Counted from the stretch's first letter, positions 24,713 to 39,364 are shown. The stretch: DNA of 64,000 nt from an uncultured candidate division Zixibacteria bacterium (GCA_963801605.1 CAWDFP010000009.1:1-64000); one strand, 5' to 3'. A program made the numbers and translations. The notes: a model not told the origin generated them from the letters alone.

Positions 24713-24765
24713 TTGACTCCAATGGTAAAAAGTGGCACTATATGGGAAAATGTGGGTGAAGAGGG
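24713..24765 (+). promoter_or_regulatory. dcw promoter with MraZ-binding direct repeats
   Basis: TTGACT at 24713; (A/G)TGG boxes at 24722, 24732, 24742, 24752 (10-bp period), matching the known MraZ autorepression layout. Confidence 0.75.
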
Positions 24766-24770
24766 TTTAA

Positions 24771-25214
24771 TTGTTCACGTTCAAAGGTACTTACAACTAT
24801 TCAATCGACCATAAGGGTCGTCTAAGCGTACCGTTAAATTCAGGGATAAGACCGATATCGCCAGCCGGTGAGCATTACGTAATCGCGCGAGGCTTTGAGG
24901 GTTGTCTCTATGTTTATCCGCGCGAGGCCTGGACGCAGGTGGAGGAGAAATTGTCGGCCCTGAAGACCATTTCCGATCCGCATGCGCGCTTTTTCGTAAG
25001 AACCCTTCTCTCCAATGCCGCCGATCCAAAGATCGATAAGTTGGGCAGGATTATGATTCCCCAGAATCTGCTCGATCTGGCAGGTATTAAAAAGGACGTA
25101 GTTGTACGAGGAGTATTGGAAAAGATCGAAATCTGGGATCCGGAAATTCTCAAGAAGTATGAAGAGAGCCAGCCGGATTCCTATGAAGATGTGGCGAAGC
25201 AGCTTCTGATTTAG
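24771..25214 (+). CDS. mraZ: Division/cell wall cluster transcriptional repressor
   Basis: Tandem DxKGR motifs (IDHKGRL, IDKLGRI), IEIWD; first gene of dcw. Confidence 0.95.
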   Translation: MFTFKGTYNYSIDHKGRLSVPLNSGIRPISPAGEHYVIARGFEGCLYVYPREAWTQVEEKLSALKTISDPHARFFVRTLLSNAADPKIDKLGRIMIPQNLLDLAGIKKDVVVRGVLEKIEIWDPEILKKYEESQPDSYEDVAKQLLI

Positions 25215-25215
25215 C

Positions 25216-26521
<1,306 letters not shown>

Positions 26522-26525
<4 letters not shown>

Positions 26526-28486
26526 TAAGCAAGCAATCGATAAATAAGAACGGCCAGATTGTTATTGGCTTTGTCGCCTTTTTCTGGGTGATATTTTTTC
26601 CTGCGTGCTATCCAGGTTCAGGTAGTCCAGAGCAAGCAGTTTAAAGATTATGCCAATTCTCAGCAGCAATCGACTATGCAACTTGGCGGCCCGACGTGGC
26701 ACTATCTACGATTGCAAAGGGTCGTCCGCTGGCCTGCGACGTCGAAGCCAAATCGTATTCGGTCAGTCCCAAACATATGAAAAAACCATCGGATGGCTGC
26801 CGCCAAGCTAGCGGAGATTACCGGGACAATCAAAAGCCTATTGGATGCAGCAATTTACCAAGCGACCCGGATATCTGATGGTCGGGACGTCGGGTCTCTC
26901 AGGAGATAGCGTACAAATTCGACAATTCCGGTATAGAGACTCTAGCCGCTCGTAGCGAAACCCGGCGTATCTATCCTTATGGATTGTTGGCTTCCGAGGT
27001 TATCGGTCGCACCGATACCGATAATAAAGGAGTCTCAGGTCTGGAACTACAGTATAATGACATTCTCTCCGGCCTCAGGATGGGGAATCGATTTATCTAA
27101 AAGATGCCTACGGACGGGAAGTGACATCGTGGGAGCAGACTCTGCAGCCGCCTGTCAATGGCTCTGATATCTATCTGGCTCTCGATCTCGATATGCAGGA
27201 GATTGTTGAAAACGAATTGCAGGCCAAGCTTGATTCCTGCGGCGCCAAATGGGGAACTGGCAATTTTTCTCGATGTCGAGACCGGCGGTATTTTGTCTTG
27301 TGCCACGCTCGAAGCGGATAAATCGCTATTCCGTCGCTGCCGCGCTATTGCGGATATGAATGAACCCGGATCAACCGCCAAAATTATTCCATTGGTGACA
27401 GCCTTTCAAAATAATATTTATGAACCGGATGACATTATTAACGTAGAAGATGGCAGGTTCACTTTAGGTCAGCATGTCATAAAAGATGATCATCCGCATG
27501 GTCTTCTGCGTTGTAGCCGAGGTTGGAGTATATTCATCCAACGTGGGCGCCGCCAAGATCGGATTGAAGGCCGGGCCTGATCTGATTTATAAGACTTTGG
27601 TACAATTCGGTTTTGGCGTCAAGACCGGAATCGATTTTCCCGGCGAATCACCCGGCGCTCTTCGTAAGCCTGAATCCTGGTCGCGACATGAGTTGGCTAT
27701 CATCTGTTTCGGCTACGGTATGTCGGCCAGCTCCCTGCAGATTGTAAATGCCTATGGCGTTATCGCCGGCGGCGGAGACTTCTTAAAACCATTTTTCGCC
27801 GCAAAAATGGTTACAGCAGATAGTGTCGAAAGGGTCCTCAATACCAGGACTGTCGTAAGACAAGCCACCGATGAACGCACCGTGAGAATTATGAACGGCA
27901 TATTTGAGGAGGTAGTGCAAACCGGTACCGCCAAAAAGGCAATCGATGATATTTGTATGATCGCCGGTAAAACCGGGACTGCCCTCAGAGCACAAAAGGG
28001 CGGCGGCTATATCAAAGGCAAAGCGCTGGCATCATTCACCGGATATTTCCCGGCCGATGATCCGAAAATTGTCGGCATCATCATGTACGATGAGCCCAAG
28101 ACAGGAGTCTATGGCGGCGATATTTCGGCCCCAGTGTTCAAGAATATCGCCAAACGTTATAGTACGCTTCCGGGTAATAATATGCTGGTTAATGCCAGAC
28201 GCAGAAAGCCCAAAGAGCAGAACGGGCAATTCACATCGGCGGCGAGGCTAAAATCATGCGAAGCTCGGAAAAACGGTTTATCAATGAAACCGCCAAGAAG
28301 AAACCGGTCATTGGAGGCTTTCGCGATTTCACCGGTATGACGATCCGAGACGCTATTCGCGCCGCCAAAGAAGCCGGGTTGAACTTTAAAATATCAGGAT
28401 CAGGAGTAGTCGTATCGCAAAACCCACCCGCGGGAATGGATACGACGGGAGTTCAAATCGTTGAGTTAATCGGTGAGACGCGATGA
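26522..28486 (+). CDS. ftsI: Class B penicillin-binding protein with C-terminal PASTA domain (frameshifted)
   Basis: R.YPYG, SGLE, EPGSTAK (SxxK), SSN, KTGT, PASTA-like GSGVVVSQNP. Confidence 0.9.
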
Positions 28487-29988
28487 ACTTTATTTTGATG
28501 AACGAAAAGACAAAATCGAAATATGCCACTACGCTGGGCGAGCTCTTTAGGGGGCTCGATGTGCAAATGCCGTCGGGCTGCGCCGATGTGGAAATCAACG
28601 GTTTGGCCGATGATTCTCGTCGGGTGAACCTGGGCGATCTCTTTGTCGCGGTTCCCGGCACCTCTATCGATGGCAGGAAATTTGTTGGCGAAGCGACATC
28701 GCTGGGCGCTGTTGCTATCCTGACAGCGCCCGGCCAGGAGATTAAAACAAGTGTGCCGGTTATTCTGGCACGCAATTTTAGATCGATTGTGGCCGCCGTA
28801 GCCGACCGTTTCTATTGGAATCCAACATCGAAGCTAACTGTAGCTGGGGTTACCGGCACTAATGGCAAAGACGACAGTCACATATCTTGATTTCCGCCAT
28901 TTTTGATTCTATCGGCCAGAAGTGGGGACGTATCGGGACTACCGGTTATGATCTTGGCGGCCAGATTCTGCCATCGAGTAATACCACGCCCGGCGCTATC
29001 GATTTGCAGAGATATTTTGCCACTATGATCGAGCGAAGCTTGAGCGGCTGCGCCATGGAGGTTTCATCTCATGCTCTGCATCAGGGACGGTGCGAATCGG
29101 TGCGGTTTGCCTCGGCTACATTCACCAATCTCAGCCAGGACCATCTCGATTATCATAAGGATATGGACTCCTATTTCGAGGCCAAAGCTATTCTTTTCGA
29201 ACCGCGCGCCGATTTCTATTATCGATATCGACGATGCCCACGGCCGTATTCTGGCCGGGCGCATCAAGGGGAAACTGCTCACATTCTCATCTGGAGCGCG
29301 ATGCCGATCTGCAGTACCGCGTGCTCAACGCCGACCTGCACGGCTCGACTCTGGAATTCCGCTATCAGGGACATTCGGTACAATTTGAATTTCCGCTTTC
29401 AGGATGGTTCAATCATCAGAATGCGGCGGCTGCGGCGGCCACCGCAATAGGATTGGGATTGTCGCTTGAGATTGCCGCCGAGGGCCTTTCCAATGCTCCC
29501 GCCGTGCCGGGACGGTTACAGGCGGTCAAGGCTGGTCAACCATTTGGAGTTTATATCGATTACGCACATACTCCCGATGCTCTCGAAAAGCTCTTGATGA
29601 GCCTGAGGGAATTCGAGCCAAAAAACCTGCGAGTCGTATTTGGATGCGGGGGCGACCGCGACAAGACCAAGCGCCCGATAATGGGAGGAGTTGCCTCAAA
29701 GTTGGCGGATATAGTTTATATAACGTCGGATAATCCCCGTAGCGAAGAGCCGGCGGCCATTATTAAAGATATTAGTGAAAGGCGTTGATAGACAAGAAAC
29801 GCTGTCATGTTTTCGAGGATAGGGCGCAGGCTATCAAGACCGCACTCTCTAATGCTATCGATGGCGATATAGTCGTCATTGCCGGCAAGGGGCACGAGGA
29901 TTATCAGGTTATCGGTTCTGTTCAGAAAATATTTCTCTGATTTCGAGGTAGCAAAATCGGCGTTAGCCAAGATGGGTTATGCAGCTAA
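28483..29988 (+). CDS. murE: UDP-MurNAc-tripeptide synthetase, meso-DAP type (frameshifted)
   Basis: GVTGTNGK, MEVSSH, DHLDYH, DYAHTPD, GCGGDRD, DNPR, GKGHEDYQ. Confidence 0.95.
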
Positions 29989-31369
29989 TGACTGAAGAGA
30001 AAGTCTCGCTATTTAGTTTAGGCGAGATTGGTGAAATCCTGGGGTCAATTACGGAGGGGGATCCCGGATTTCACCATCGCCGAATATTTGGCATAAGCAC
30101 CGATACCCGCACTGTCGGCAGGGGAGAGTTGTTCATCGCTATTAAGGGCGAGAAGCATGATGCCCATGATTTTCTGGATATCGCCTTTCGCCGAAGGGGC
30201 AGAGGCGGCTATTGTTGAAAAGCCTGAGGCCGACAAGCGCGGACTTAGTCCGGCCACAAATATTTCATAGTCGACAATACTCTCATTCGGCCCTGGGGAA
30301 GTTGGCAGCGGCATACCGTCGCAAGATGCCGGCAAAAATTATCGGAGTTACTGGCTCAAATGGCAAGACAACAGTAAAGAATATAATATATAGTATTATA
30401 TCCAATCAGGGTCCGGCCCTGAAATCGTATGGTAATTATAATAATTTAATCGGGCTGCCGATTTCCATCTTCAAGCTGCGCGAGGAACATCGCCTGGCGG
30501 TATTTGAGCTGGGGATGAGCGCCCGCGGCGAAATTTCGAGGTTGGGCGAGATCGCCAACCCCGATCTGGCTGTAATTACCAATGTCGGTCCGGTTCACCT
30601 CGAATTTTTGAAGACTATCGAGGAAGTGGCATTGGCCAAGCTGGAAATTCTCGAGCATTTAAATCCATCTGGCGTGCTCGATACTTAATGGCGATGACAA
30701 CTTGCTGACCTCGAAGATGAAACCGATAAAACAGCGAATCATTAAATTTGGCCTGGAAGCCGGAAAACGATATCAGGCCTATAACCCTGGAATTCGATAG
30801 CGCCCAGATGCCACATTTCAAGATTGACAATCACGATGTTACTCCGCATATTCCAGGCATCCACAATGTCTACAATATTCTGGCGGCATACGCGGTGGCT
30901 CAGGCGCTCGGCATCGATTCCGCCAACGCGGTTGCGGCCATCAACGGTTTTCAGCCGGAGGGGATGCGTTCCGAGGTACTTCACAAAAACGGCCTGACCC
31001 TGCTTGTCGATTGCTACAATGCCAATCCGGCATCAACCCGGATAGCGCTTGAGACTCTGGCTCGGATTAAAGGCGATGGCCGCAGAATCGCGGTCTTGGG
31101 CGATATGTTGGAATTGGGTGATAATGCCTCGACACTATCATAAGCAAATCGGAGAGTTGGCCGGAAAATTGGGGATCGATTATGTTTTCGCAATCGGGCC
31201 GCTATCGAAACATATTGCTGAATGTTTGGAAACAACGGTTTCCATTTCGATACCAATGATGAGTTGACAAAGAGTTTAGTCAGAATTTGTAACAAAGGGA
31301 GACCTTATCCTTTTCAAAGGATCAAGGGGAATGGCGCTTGAAGAAGTAGTGAATGTGTTGATGAACTAA
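29979..31369 (+). CDS. murF: UDP-MurNAc-pentapeptide synthetase (frameshifted)
   Basis: GVTGSNGKTT, NNLIG.P, ELGM, DCYNANP, GDMLELG, KGSRG. Confidence 0.93.
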
Positions 31370-31371
31370 AA

Positions 31372-32459
31372 ATGCTCTACCATCTTATTGTACCCACTCA
31401 GCAAATATATTTCAGGATTCAATCTCTTTAAGTACATCACTTTTCGGATGGCATATGCCACCGTGACAGCTATGCTGATCAGTTTCCTGTTTGGAACTCT
31501 GTTTATCGAAATGCTCAGACGATTCCAGGTGAAAGAGAATATTCGCGCCGATGGCCCCAAAACACATCTGGCTAAAGAAGGTACCCCGACTATGGGTGGC
31601 TTGTTGATCCTGATGGCGATAGTTATTCCCACAATATTCTGGGCCGATCTCTCCAATCGTTATATCCAGCTTATCCTGCTGGTGACCATCTGGATGGGCG
31701 GTATCGGCTTTATGGATGATTATCTCAAGGCCAAGCGCAGAGAAAGAAAAGGGCTTGTTGCCAGGAAGAAATTCCTCGGGCAGGTTGCAATAGGGCTAAT
31801 TCTCGGTACTATTCTTTATCTCTATCCTCCTGATCCCGAATTTCACGACATCGACCGATCTGCCGTTTTTCAAAAATTACTATCTCGATTTCGGTATCTT
31901 CTATATCCCCTTCGTGGTGCTGGTTCTGACAGGCGCCTCTAATGCCGTCAATCTCACCGATGGTCTCGATGGTTTGGCGATCGGGCTTTCCGGTATCTGT
32001 GCCCTGACATTCGCCGGTCTCTGCTATATCACCGGGCGAATCGATTTCAGTAATTATCTCAATATTCAATATCTGCATGGGGCCGGAGAGCTGACAGTCT
32101 TTTGCGGCGCGATGCTTGGGGCCTGCCTCGGCTTTCTCTGGTTTAACGCCAATCCTGCCAAGGTCTTCATGGGCGATACCGGTGCGCTGGCGCTTGGCGG
32201 GGCGTTGGGGGCATTGGCGCTCTTAGTGAAAAAAGAAATTCTGCTCGTGATAATCGGCGGTGTCTTCGTGATGGAGGCCACCTCCGTTATCATTCAGGTT
32301 CTTTATTATAAATTGACCAAGAAGAGAGTCTTCAAGATGGCGCCGTTGCATCACCATTTTGAACTATCGGGTTGGAAAGAACAGCAAGTGGTGGTTCGGT
32401 TTTGGATTTTAGGAGTTATCTGCGCGCTGATTACACTAAGTACGCTGAAAATAAGATAA
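31372..32459 (+). CDS. mraY: Phospho-N-acetylmuramoyl-pentapeptide transferase (frameshifted)
   Basis: [41 protein letters not shown]. Confidence 0.97.
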
Positions 32460-32460
32460 G

Positions 32461-33813
32461 ATGGATTTAAAGTATAAAAAATTCAGTATTATTGGAGCCG
32501 CCCGCAGCGGTGTGGCCGCCGCCGAGATTATTCTAAATCGCGGGGGCTTACCTGTTTGTCAGCGATAGCGGGCAGATCAAGGATGCATCGTTACTTCAAA
32601 AGCTACAATCGCTTGGTATCGAACATGAGATCGGCGGACATAGCGACAGGATATATGATTGCGAATTCATGATCGTCAGCCCGGCTGTACCCTCGGATTC
32701 GGAAATCATCTTTAGCGCTAAGGCTCGCGGGGTTATAGTCTGGCCTGAAATCGAATTGGCTTATCATCTTTGCAAAGGGAAGATAATCGGCATAACCGGT
32801 TCCAATGGCAAAACTACAACCACCGCTTTAGTCGGCAAGATTCTCGAGGAAGCCGGACTGAAAACCTTCGTTTGCGGTAATATCGGGTCACCATTCATTG
32901 GAATCGCCGAGCAGGTGCCCCATGATGGTTGGGCCGTGATTGAAGCTCTCGAGTTTTCAATTGGAGCAAATTGAATCATTCCGTCCCAATATCGCGGTCT
33001 TTTTAAATCTAACTCCTGATCATCTCGATCGTCATAAAAACATTGAAAATTACGCCGCCGCCAAGATGCGGATATTCGAAAATCAGGGCGACAATGATAT
33101 GGCAGTTGTCAATCACGATGACGAGCTTTTGCATACACTATCCAATCAGATACCATCCTATATCAATTGGTTTTCGACTCGCCAGAATCTCGATAGCGGT
33201 GTCTGGGGAATCCCCGGCGAAGGCGTCTATGTCGGTCAGCGCGAGATAATGAAGGCCGAGGAGATTAAAGATCAAGGGTGAACACAATCTCTCCAATTCC
33301 TGCGCCGCCATAGCGGCCGCGCTTGGCGCCGGAGTACCGGAGGAAAATATAATAGAAACTTTAAAATCCTTTGCCGGGGTGGAGCATCGACTCGAGCCTG
33401 TGAGGCTCATCGGAGGGGTGAGCTTCATAAACGATTCCAAAGGCACGAATGTCGATTCTGTCTATTGGGCGCTCAAGGCGGTTTCCGCCCCGGTAATACT
33501 TATCGCTGGAGGCAAAGATAAGGATGGCGATTTCAGCGCCCTAAATGACATGATCTCGAAGAAAACCAAGCTGGTGATCCTGATTGGCAAGGCCTCGGAT
33601 AAAATAGAGGCTACCTGGAAGGATTTGGTACGTTGTGTCAGGGCCGCCACCATGGATGACGCGGTCAGAACATCATTCAAAGAAGCCAAACCGGGCGATA
33701 CTGTTTTGCTCTCTCCCGGCTGTGCCTCCTTTGATATGTTCGATAATTATGAGCATCGGGGACGGGTTTTCAAGCAGGCGGTTAATGAATTAGCCGAAGG
33801 AGCATCGGAATGA
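32461..33813 (+). CDS. murD: UDP-MurNAc-L-Ala--D-Glu ligase (frameshifted)
   Basis: GAARSG, GITGSNGKTTT, GNIG, ELSSFQL, DHLDRH, NDSKGTN, SPGCASFD. Confidence 0.95.
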
Positions 33814-34943
33814 CAGCGCTAATGAGTCAGACATCCTGAAAAGGTGCTGTTTTTCGCGGCTATTTCGCTGATGCTGGTCGGGATTGTGGTTATCTATTCG
33901 GCCTCGGGACCATATTGCCAGTTTCTCACTCCTCCCCGTCCTACCTGGCATTATCTGATACGTCAAGCTTCTGGGCGGCCGTGGCGCTAATTGCTATGTT
34001 TTTCATGTACCGTCTCAATTATCATGTTATAGTCAAATTGTCTCCAATATTTCTGGTGCTTTCGATAGTGGGGCTGGCGGCAGTGTTGATAGTCTTCCAA
34101 AGGTGAAATCAAGCGATGGATTTATATCGCCGGGTTCACCTTCCAGCCATCGGAATTTTTTAAGATTGCCTATGTCGCCTTTATGGCAAAGATGGCGGCA
34201 AAAAATGCGCACCGAGCGAGTTCAGCTATAAAAAATACGCTACAGTTCTAATCGCAATGGTTTAGGTGCGGCATTCATTATCAAGGAACCAGATCTCGGC
34301 GACAACTGCTTGGTTGTCTGCTGGCCGTGGCATTACTCTTTTTGGCGGGTTTCCCCAAAAAGGTAATTGTTATCACCAGTCTATCATTGCGGTTGGTTGC
34401 CTGTATTCCTCGTTTTCGGTCTAAAATATGAGATTGATCGCATTGATCAATATGCCGTTACCCTTACAGACCCATTTAATCCCGGTGCCAGCTACCAGAC
34501 TCGTCAGGCGCTGGTTAGCTCTTGGCTCGGGTGGAGTTTTTGGTAAAGGTCTCGGAAATGGCGGGCAGAAGCATCTCTTTTTACCAGCCCGTCATACCGA
34601 TTTTATTCTGGCAGCTGCCGCCGAGGAGGGTGGATTCCTGATTGTTACAGGTATTCTGGCACTTTTCTGTCTCATGGGATGGTCCGGTTATCGAATTGCC
34701 AAGTCGGCCATGGATATCGAGGGTCAATTTTTCGCCTGGGGTATCATGCTCTTTCTTATCCTTCAGGCGACTGTAAATATCGGGGTAGCTATGGGAGTTT
34801 TTCCCATTACCGGGATAACGCTGCCCTTTTTAAGCTACGGCGGTTCATCATTATTGGTATGCTCTGTAGGCGTAGGCATGATCGCTTCAGTCGCCAGGCA
34901 GTCCAAATCGCCGCAGCATTATTTCCTGCGCTCCAAGAGATGA
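33810..34943 (+). CDS. ftsW: SEDS peptidoglycan polymerase (heavily frameshifted)
   Basis: RWI...FQPSE..K, EPDLG, GSGG.FGKG, LPARHTDFI, TGITLPFLSYGGSS. Confidence 0.92.
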
Positions 34944-36059
34944 ATGGGCGAGGGGAAGCGACATAGGGTCCTCTTTGCGGGAGGAGGCACGGGCGGACAT
35001 CTGATGCCGGCAATTAATATTGCGCTGGCATTGAGAGAACTCGATATGGAAATTGGCTTACTCTTTGTCGGTAAAAAAGATGGCATGGAAAAGGCCATTG
35101 TTACGCGCTTCGGTTTTCCTATCAGTGAAATCGAAGTTACTCCTATGAAGCGGAGTCTCAAAGGAATTCTTAATTTTGTTTGGAATTGGAATAAGGGATT
35201 GAAACAGGCTACGAGTACAATCAATGAATTTGCTCCCCAGGTTGTAGTCGGGACAGGCGGCTATGTTTCCGCGCCTGTAGTGCGCATGGCGCATAAGATG
35301 AAAATCCCGATTTTTATGCAGGAGCAAAACAGCCTGCCTGGTCTGGCCTCCAGAACTCTGGGCCAGATGGCGGAAGCTATATTTATCGCCTACGAGGGAG
35401 CGACTAAGATATCTGCCATCGCAGAAATGTCGTCTCGTGGGAAATCCTGTTCGTCCCGATCTCCTGAATTCCAATCGCGAGATTGCCATCACCGAATTCT
35501 CGCTCGATAACTCCCGAAAAACTTTACTTGTATTGGGCGGAAGCTCGGGCGCACGCGGTATTAATAATGCCATTACAGAGATAGTAAAGTTGAGCATGAT
35601 TCCTGAAGAATTGGCAAATTTTATGGCAGGTTGGGCAAAAAGATTTTTCCGAGGTAGCTGCCGCTATTCCGGATAAATTTCGCGGTAAATATTTACCGTT
35701 TATTCATAATATGCCAGCCGCTTACGCCGCCGCTGACTTGATAATTTCTCGCGCCGGTGCTATGGCATTGGCCGAGATAGCGGTCTGGGGATTGCCTGCG
35801 ATACTGATTCCCTATCCGCATGCAACAGGTGATCATCAGACTCTGAATGCCAGGGAATTTGCGGAAAGCGGCGCTGCTATAGTTATTCCCGAAGGCGCAA
35901 TACCAGACGAGGCTCGCGAAGACCCTATCTGATTTGATGAAGGATACGGAAAGACGAAATGTCATGGCCAAGGCGGCCCAAATGCTGGCCAGGCCCGATG
36001 CCGCCAATAAAATTGCTAAAGTAATTTTGGAAAAAATAAATGAAGTTCAAAAGAATTAA
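34944..36059 (+). CDS. murG: Lipid II GlcNAc transferase (frameshifted)
   Basis: GGGTGGH, GGYVS, EQN, GNPVR, GGSSGA, RAGA, HQ..NA. Confidence 0.95.
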
Positions 36060-37413
36060 AAGCCTTCATCTCATTGGAATCGGGGGTACCGGCATGTGTG
36101 GAATCGCGGAGGTTCTGCATAATGCCGGATATAAGAGTTTCCGGTTCCGATATGAAGAAAACCGAGACCACCGAATTTCTCGAGAATCTCGGAATCGATA
36201 TTAAGTACTCGCATGAAGGCTCGAATGTAGGCGCCGTTGACGTTGTCGTCATATCATCGGCCGTGGCGATGACAATCCCGAGGTTATCGAGGCAAAGATT
36301 CAAAAGATACCGGTTATCCGACGCGCCGAAATGCTGGCCGAACTGATGAGGATGAAATTCTCGATCGCGATCGCGGGTACTCATGGCAAGACGACCACCA
36401 CCTCGCTGGTAGGGCATATCTTCGCGAAGGCGGCCTCGATCCTACCGTAATTGTTGGCGGCAGGGTTCTTGGTGTCGGGTCTAATGCATATATCGGCAAA
36501 GGAGATTACCTGGTAGCCGAGGCCGATGAGTTCGATCGTTCGATAACCCGGTTTTATCCTATAATGGCGATTATCACCAATATCGAAGCCGAGCACATGG
36601 AATGTTATCGCGATCTCGATGACCTTTATGATTGCTTTACCGAGTTTGCCAATCGCGTACCATTCTTTGGAACTGTTATTCTATGTGCCGATGATCCCGG
36701 CGTCCTCAAGATTGAGCCGCGTATTACGCGACCCCAAAATCACATATGGTCTGGGAACTCAGGCCGATTTCAGGGCCACTGATATTTCATTTGAAAACGG
36801 AAATATTAATTTTACGCTCCTTTTCAGAGGCAACGAAATCGGAAAGGTGTCATCACCTCTTCTTGGATATCATAATGTAAGAAATATCCTGGCTTGCATG
36901 GCTGTGGCTTACGATCTTGAAATTCCTTTCGATTGCGCTATTAAGGCAGTCAAGAATTTCACGGGAGTCGAACGCCGTCTGGAGTTAGCCGGTGCAGTCG
37001 GTGATATTCGTTTCTACGATGACTACGGTCATCATCCAACCGAGATAAAATCCACTTTGCAGGGTCTTCGGGCTATCTACAACGGCCGAATCGTGGCGGT
37101 TTTACAGCCCCATCTATATAGCCGCACTGTCAGATTTCTCAAGGAATTTGGCGAAGCCTTTTTCGATGCCGACCAATTGGTTGTACTCGATGTTTTCCCG
37201 TCGCGCGAAAAGCCGATTGCGGGTGTTTCGGGAAAATTGATTGTGGATTCAGCCCGAAAACAAGGGCACCAGAATGTCAGCTATGTCGAGGATAAAACTA
37301 CATTGCCGGATGTCATGAAAGAAATACTCAAGCCGGGCGATCTCGTTGTCCTGTTTGGCGCCGGCGATATTAACAGGTGGACACAAAAAATCATAGCGAG
37401 ATTGAAAGAATAA
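36040..37413 (+). CDS. murC: UDP-MurNAc--L-alanine ligase (frameshifted)
   Basis: [38 protein letters not shown]. Confidence 0.95.
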
Positions 37414-38138
37414 TGTTGAAAAATTTCGCAAAGCTGGTACTATTGATTCTCGCAGTGGCGGGCGGACGTCTGGCCTATGAAAAAGGTCTCGATATTCCGC
37501 CATTCGCGTTGAGCAAAATAGTAGTTACGGGCAATTGGAAAGCAACCGAGGCATCGGTATTGGCGATTACAGGACTTGAAAAAGGAAAATCGATTTACAA
37601 ACAGGATCTTGATTTCGCCGCCAATAATATCATGAAGCAGCCTGGCGTGGTAGAATGCACGATAGAGCGCAAACCGCTTTCCACGGTCGCTATCCATGTC
37701 GATGTTGCCGAACCAGCTCTGCTCGTCAATAGCGGAGAGCTTAACACTATTTCGCGCGAAGGCATGGTACTTCCCATGAGCGCCGAGATGCCGATCTTGC
37801 CGCTGGTCTCGGGCTATAAATTTTCATCAGTCAAATGCTACGAGCACATAAGCGATCCTGATATCGCCTACGCGCTTGAAGCCTACGATGCCCTGTTGGC
37901 CGCGTCGCCGAATCTCTGCTCGCGTCTCTCAGAGATCAGCTTCAGGGGCGATGACGCTGTCAGGCTTTTCTTTTCGCCTGCCGGTACCCAGGTACTTATT
38001 ACAAAGCAGGATATTAAAAACAGCATTAAGAGACTGGCTGTTCTCGATCAAAAGGGTATGACTCAGGATACGGCAGTCTTCGATCTCCGGTTCGGTCCGG
38101 TGATGATAGAATCTTCTGTTGGTGAGGCAATATTGTGA
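37413..38138 (+). CDS. ftsQ: Cell division protein FtsQ/DivIB
   Basis: N-terminal TM, POTRA-like segment, C-terminal DLRF; lies between murC and ftsA. Confidence 0.8.
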   Translation: MLKNFAKLVLLILAVAGGRLAYEKGLDIPPFALSKIVVTGNWKATEASVLAITGLEKGKSIYKQDLDFAANNIMKQPGVVECTIERKPLSTVAIHVDVAEPALLVNSGELNTISREGMVLPMSAEMPILPLVSGYKFSSVKCYEHISDPDIAYALEAYDALLAASPNLCSRLSEISFRGDDAVRLFFSPAGTQVLITKQDIKNSIKRLAVLDQKGMTQDTAVFDLRFGPVMIESSVGEAIL

Positions 38139-39364
38139 GGAATAACGGAATCATAACCGGTCTCGATATCGGTACATCGAAAATAGGAGTAATTGTTGCG
38201 GAGATTACCGATTCCGGATCGTTTAAGATTCTGGGAATCGGTCAAGCGCCGTCGGAGGGTCTTAAAAAAGGGGTCGTAGTTAATCTCGAGAAAACTGTCG
38301 ATTCTATCAGGATGGCGCTCGATGACGCCGAGTCTGTATCAGGTCAGAAAATCGAATCCGCCTATATTGGGATTTCCGGCGAGCATATTAAAAGTATCAA
38401 CAGCCGCGGCGTTGTGGCAATCGGCAAATCAGGCGCCGAAATTATCGCAGCCGATGTCGACCGCGCGCTCGAGGCCGCCAAAGATATCACGATCCCGGCA
38501 GATCGCGAGATCATTCATATCCTGCCACAGACATATACTGTCGATGAACAGAGCGGGATTAAAGACCCGATAGGCTTTACCGGATCGCGTCTGGAGGTCG
38601 ATGTTCACGTCGTCACCGGTTCAGTCAGCGCCGTGCAGAATATTTTAAAGTGTATCGATAAATGCAGTATCCAGATCGATGAACTGGTGCTCCAGGCGCT
38701 GGCCTCGAGTTATGCCGTAGTTACGCGTGATGAGATGGAGCTTGGCTGTGTCGTCATCGATATGGGCGGCTTATCGACGGACCTGACCGTTTTCCACGAA
38801 GGCGCGGTTCGTCATACGGCGGTCGTCAGTCTCGGTGGCAAAAATGTCACGAGCGATCTGGCGATAGGCTTACGCACGCCGCAGGATCAGGCCGAGGTCA
38901 TCAAATGCAAATATGGCTCGGCATTAGCCTCGCTGGTCGATCCGGGTGAAATGGTGACCGTGCCCGGTGTTGCGGGACGCGAATCCAAAGAAGTCTCCAA
39001 ATCGGTGTTGGCATCGATAATCGAGCCGCGTATGGAGGAAATTTATTCTCTGGTGGCGCGCGAAATGAAAAAAGGACATTTCGCGGGTACGCTCGCGGCC
39101 GGTGTCATTCTCACGGGAGGCGCCTCGCAGATTCATGGCGCGGCCGAGCTCGCAGAGCAGATTTTCGATCTGCCGGTGAAACTCGGGACGCCGTTTAACT
39201 TTGAAAATTATTCCGATATCAATCCCGGCCCAGCCAATGCGACTGGCGTGGGACTGATTCATTTTTCGCTATTATCTCGCCCCGAAACAGGATCGAAACT
39301 AAAAGGGAAGGGGCTTACAAGAACAGTTGAGAAATTTAAAAGGTGGCTTAACGAATATTTCTAA
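38135..39364 (+). CDS. ftsA: Cell division protein FtsA
   Basis: GLDIGTSK, IDMGG, LTGG, C-terminal amphipathic FKRWLNEYF. Confidence 0.97.
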   Translation: MRNNGIITGLDIGTSKIGVIVAEITDSGSFKILGIGQAPSEGLKKGVVVNLEKTVDSIRMALDDAESVSGQKIESAYIGISGEHIKSINSRGVVAIGKSGAEIIAADVDRALEAAKDITIPADREIIHILPQTYTVDEQSGIKDPIGFTGSRLEVDVHVVTGSVSAVQNILKCIDKCSIQIDELVLQALASSYAVVTRDEMELGCVVIDMGGLSTDLTVFHEGAVRHTAVVSLGGKNVTSDLAIGLRTPQDQAEVIKCKYGSALASLVDPGEMVTVPGVAGRESKEVSKSVLASIIEPRMEEIYSLVAREMKKGHFAGTLAAGVILTGGASQIHGAAELAEQIFDLPVKLGTPFNFENYSDINPGPANATGVGLIHFSLLSRPETGSKLKGKGLTRTVEKFKRWLNEYF

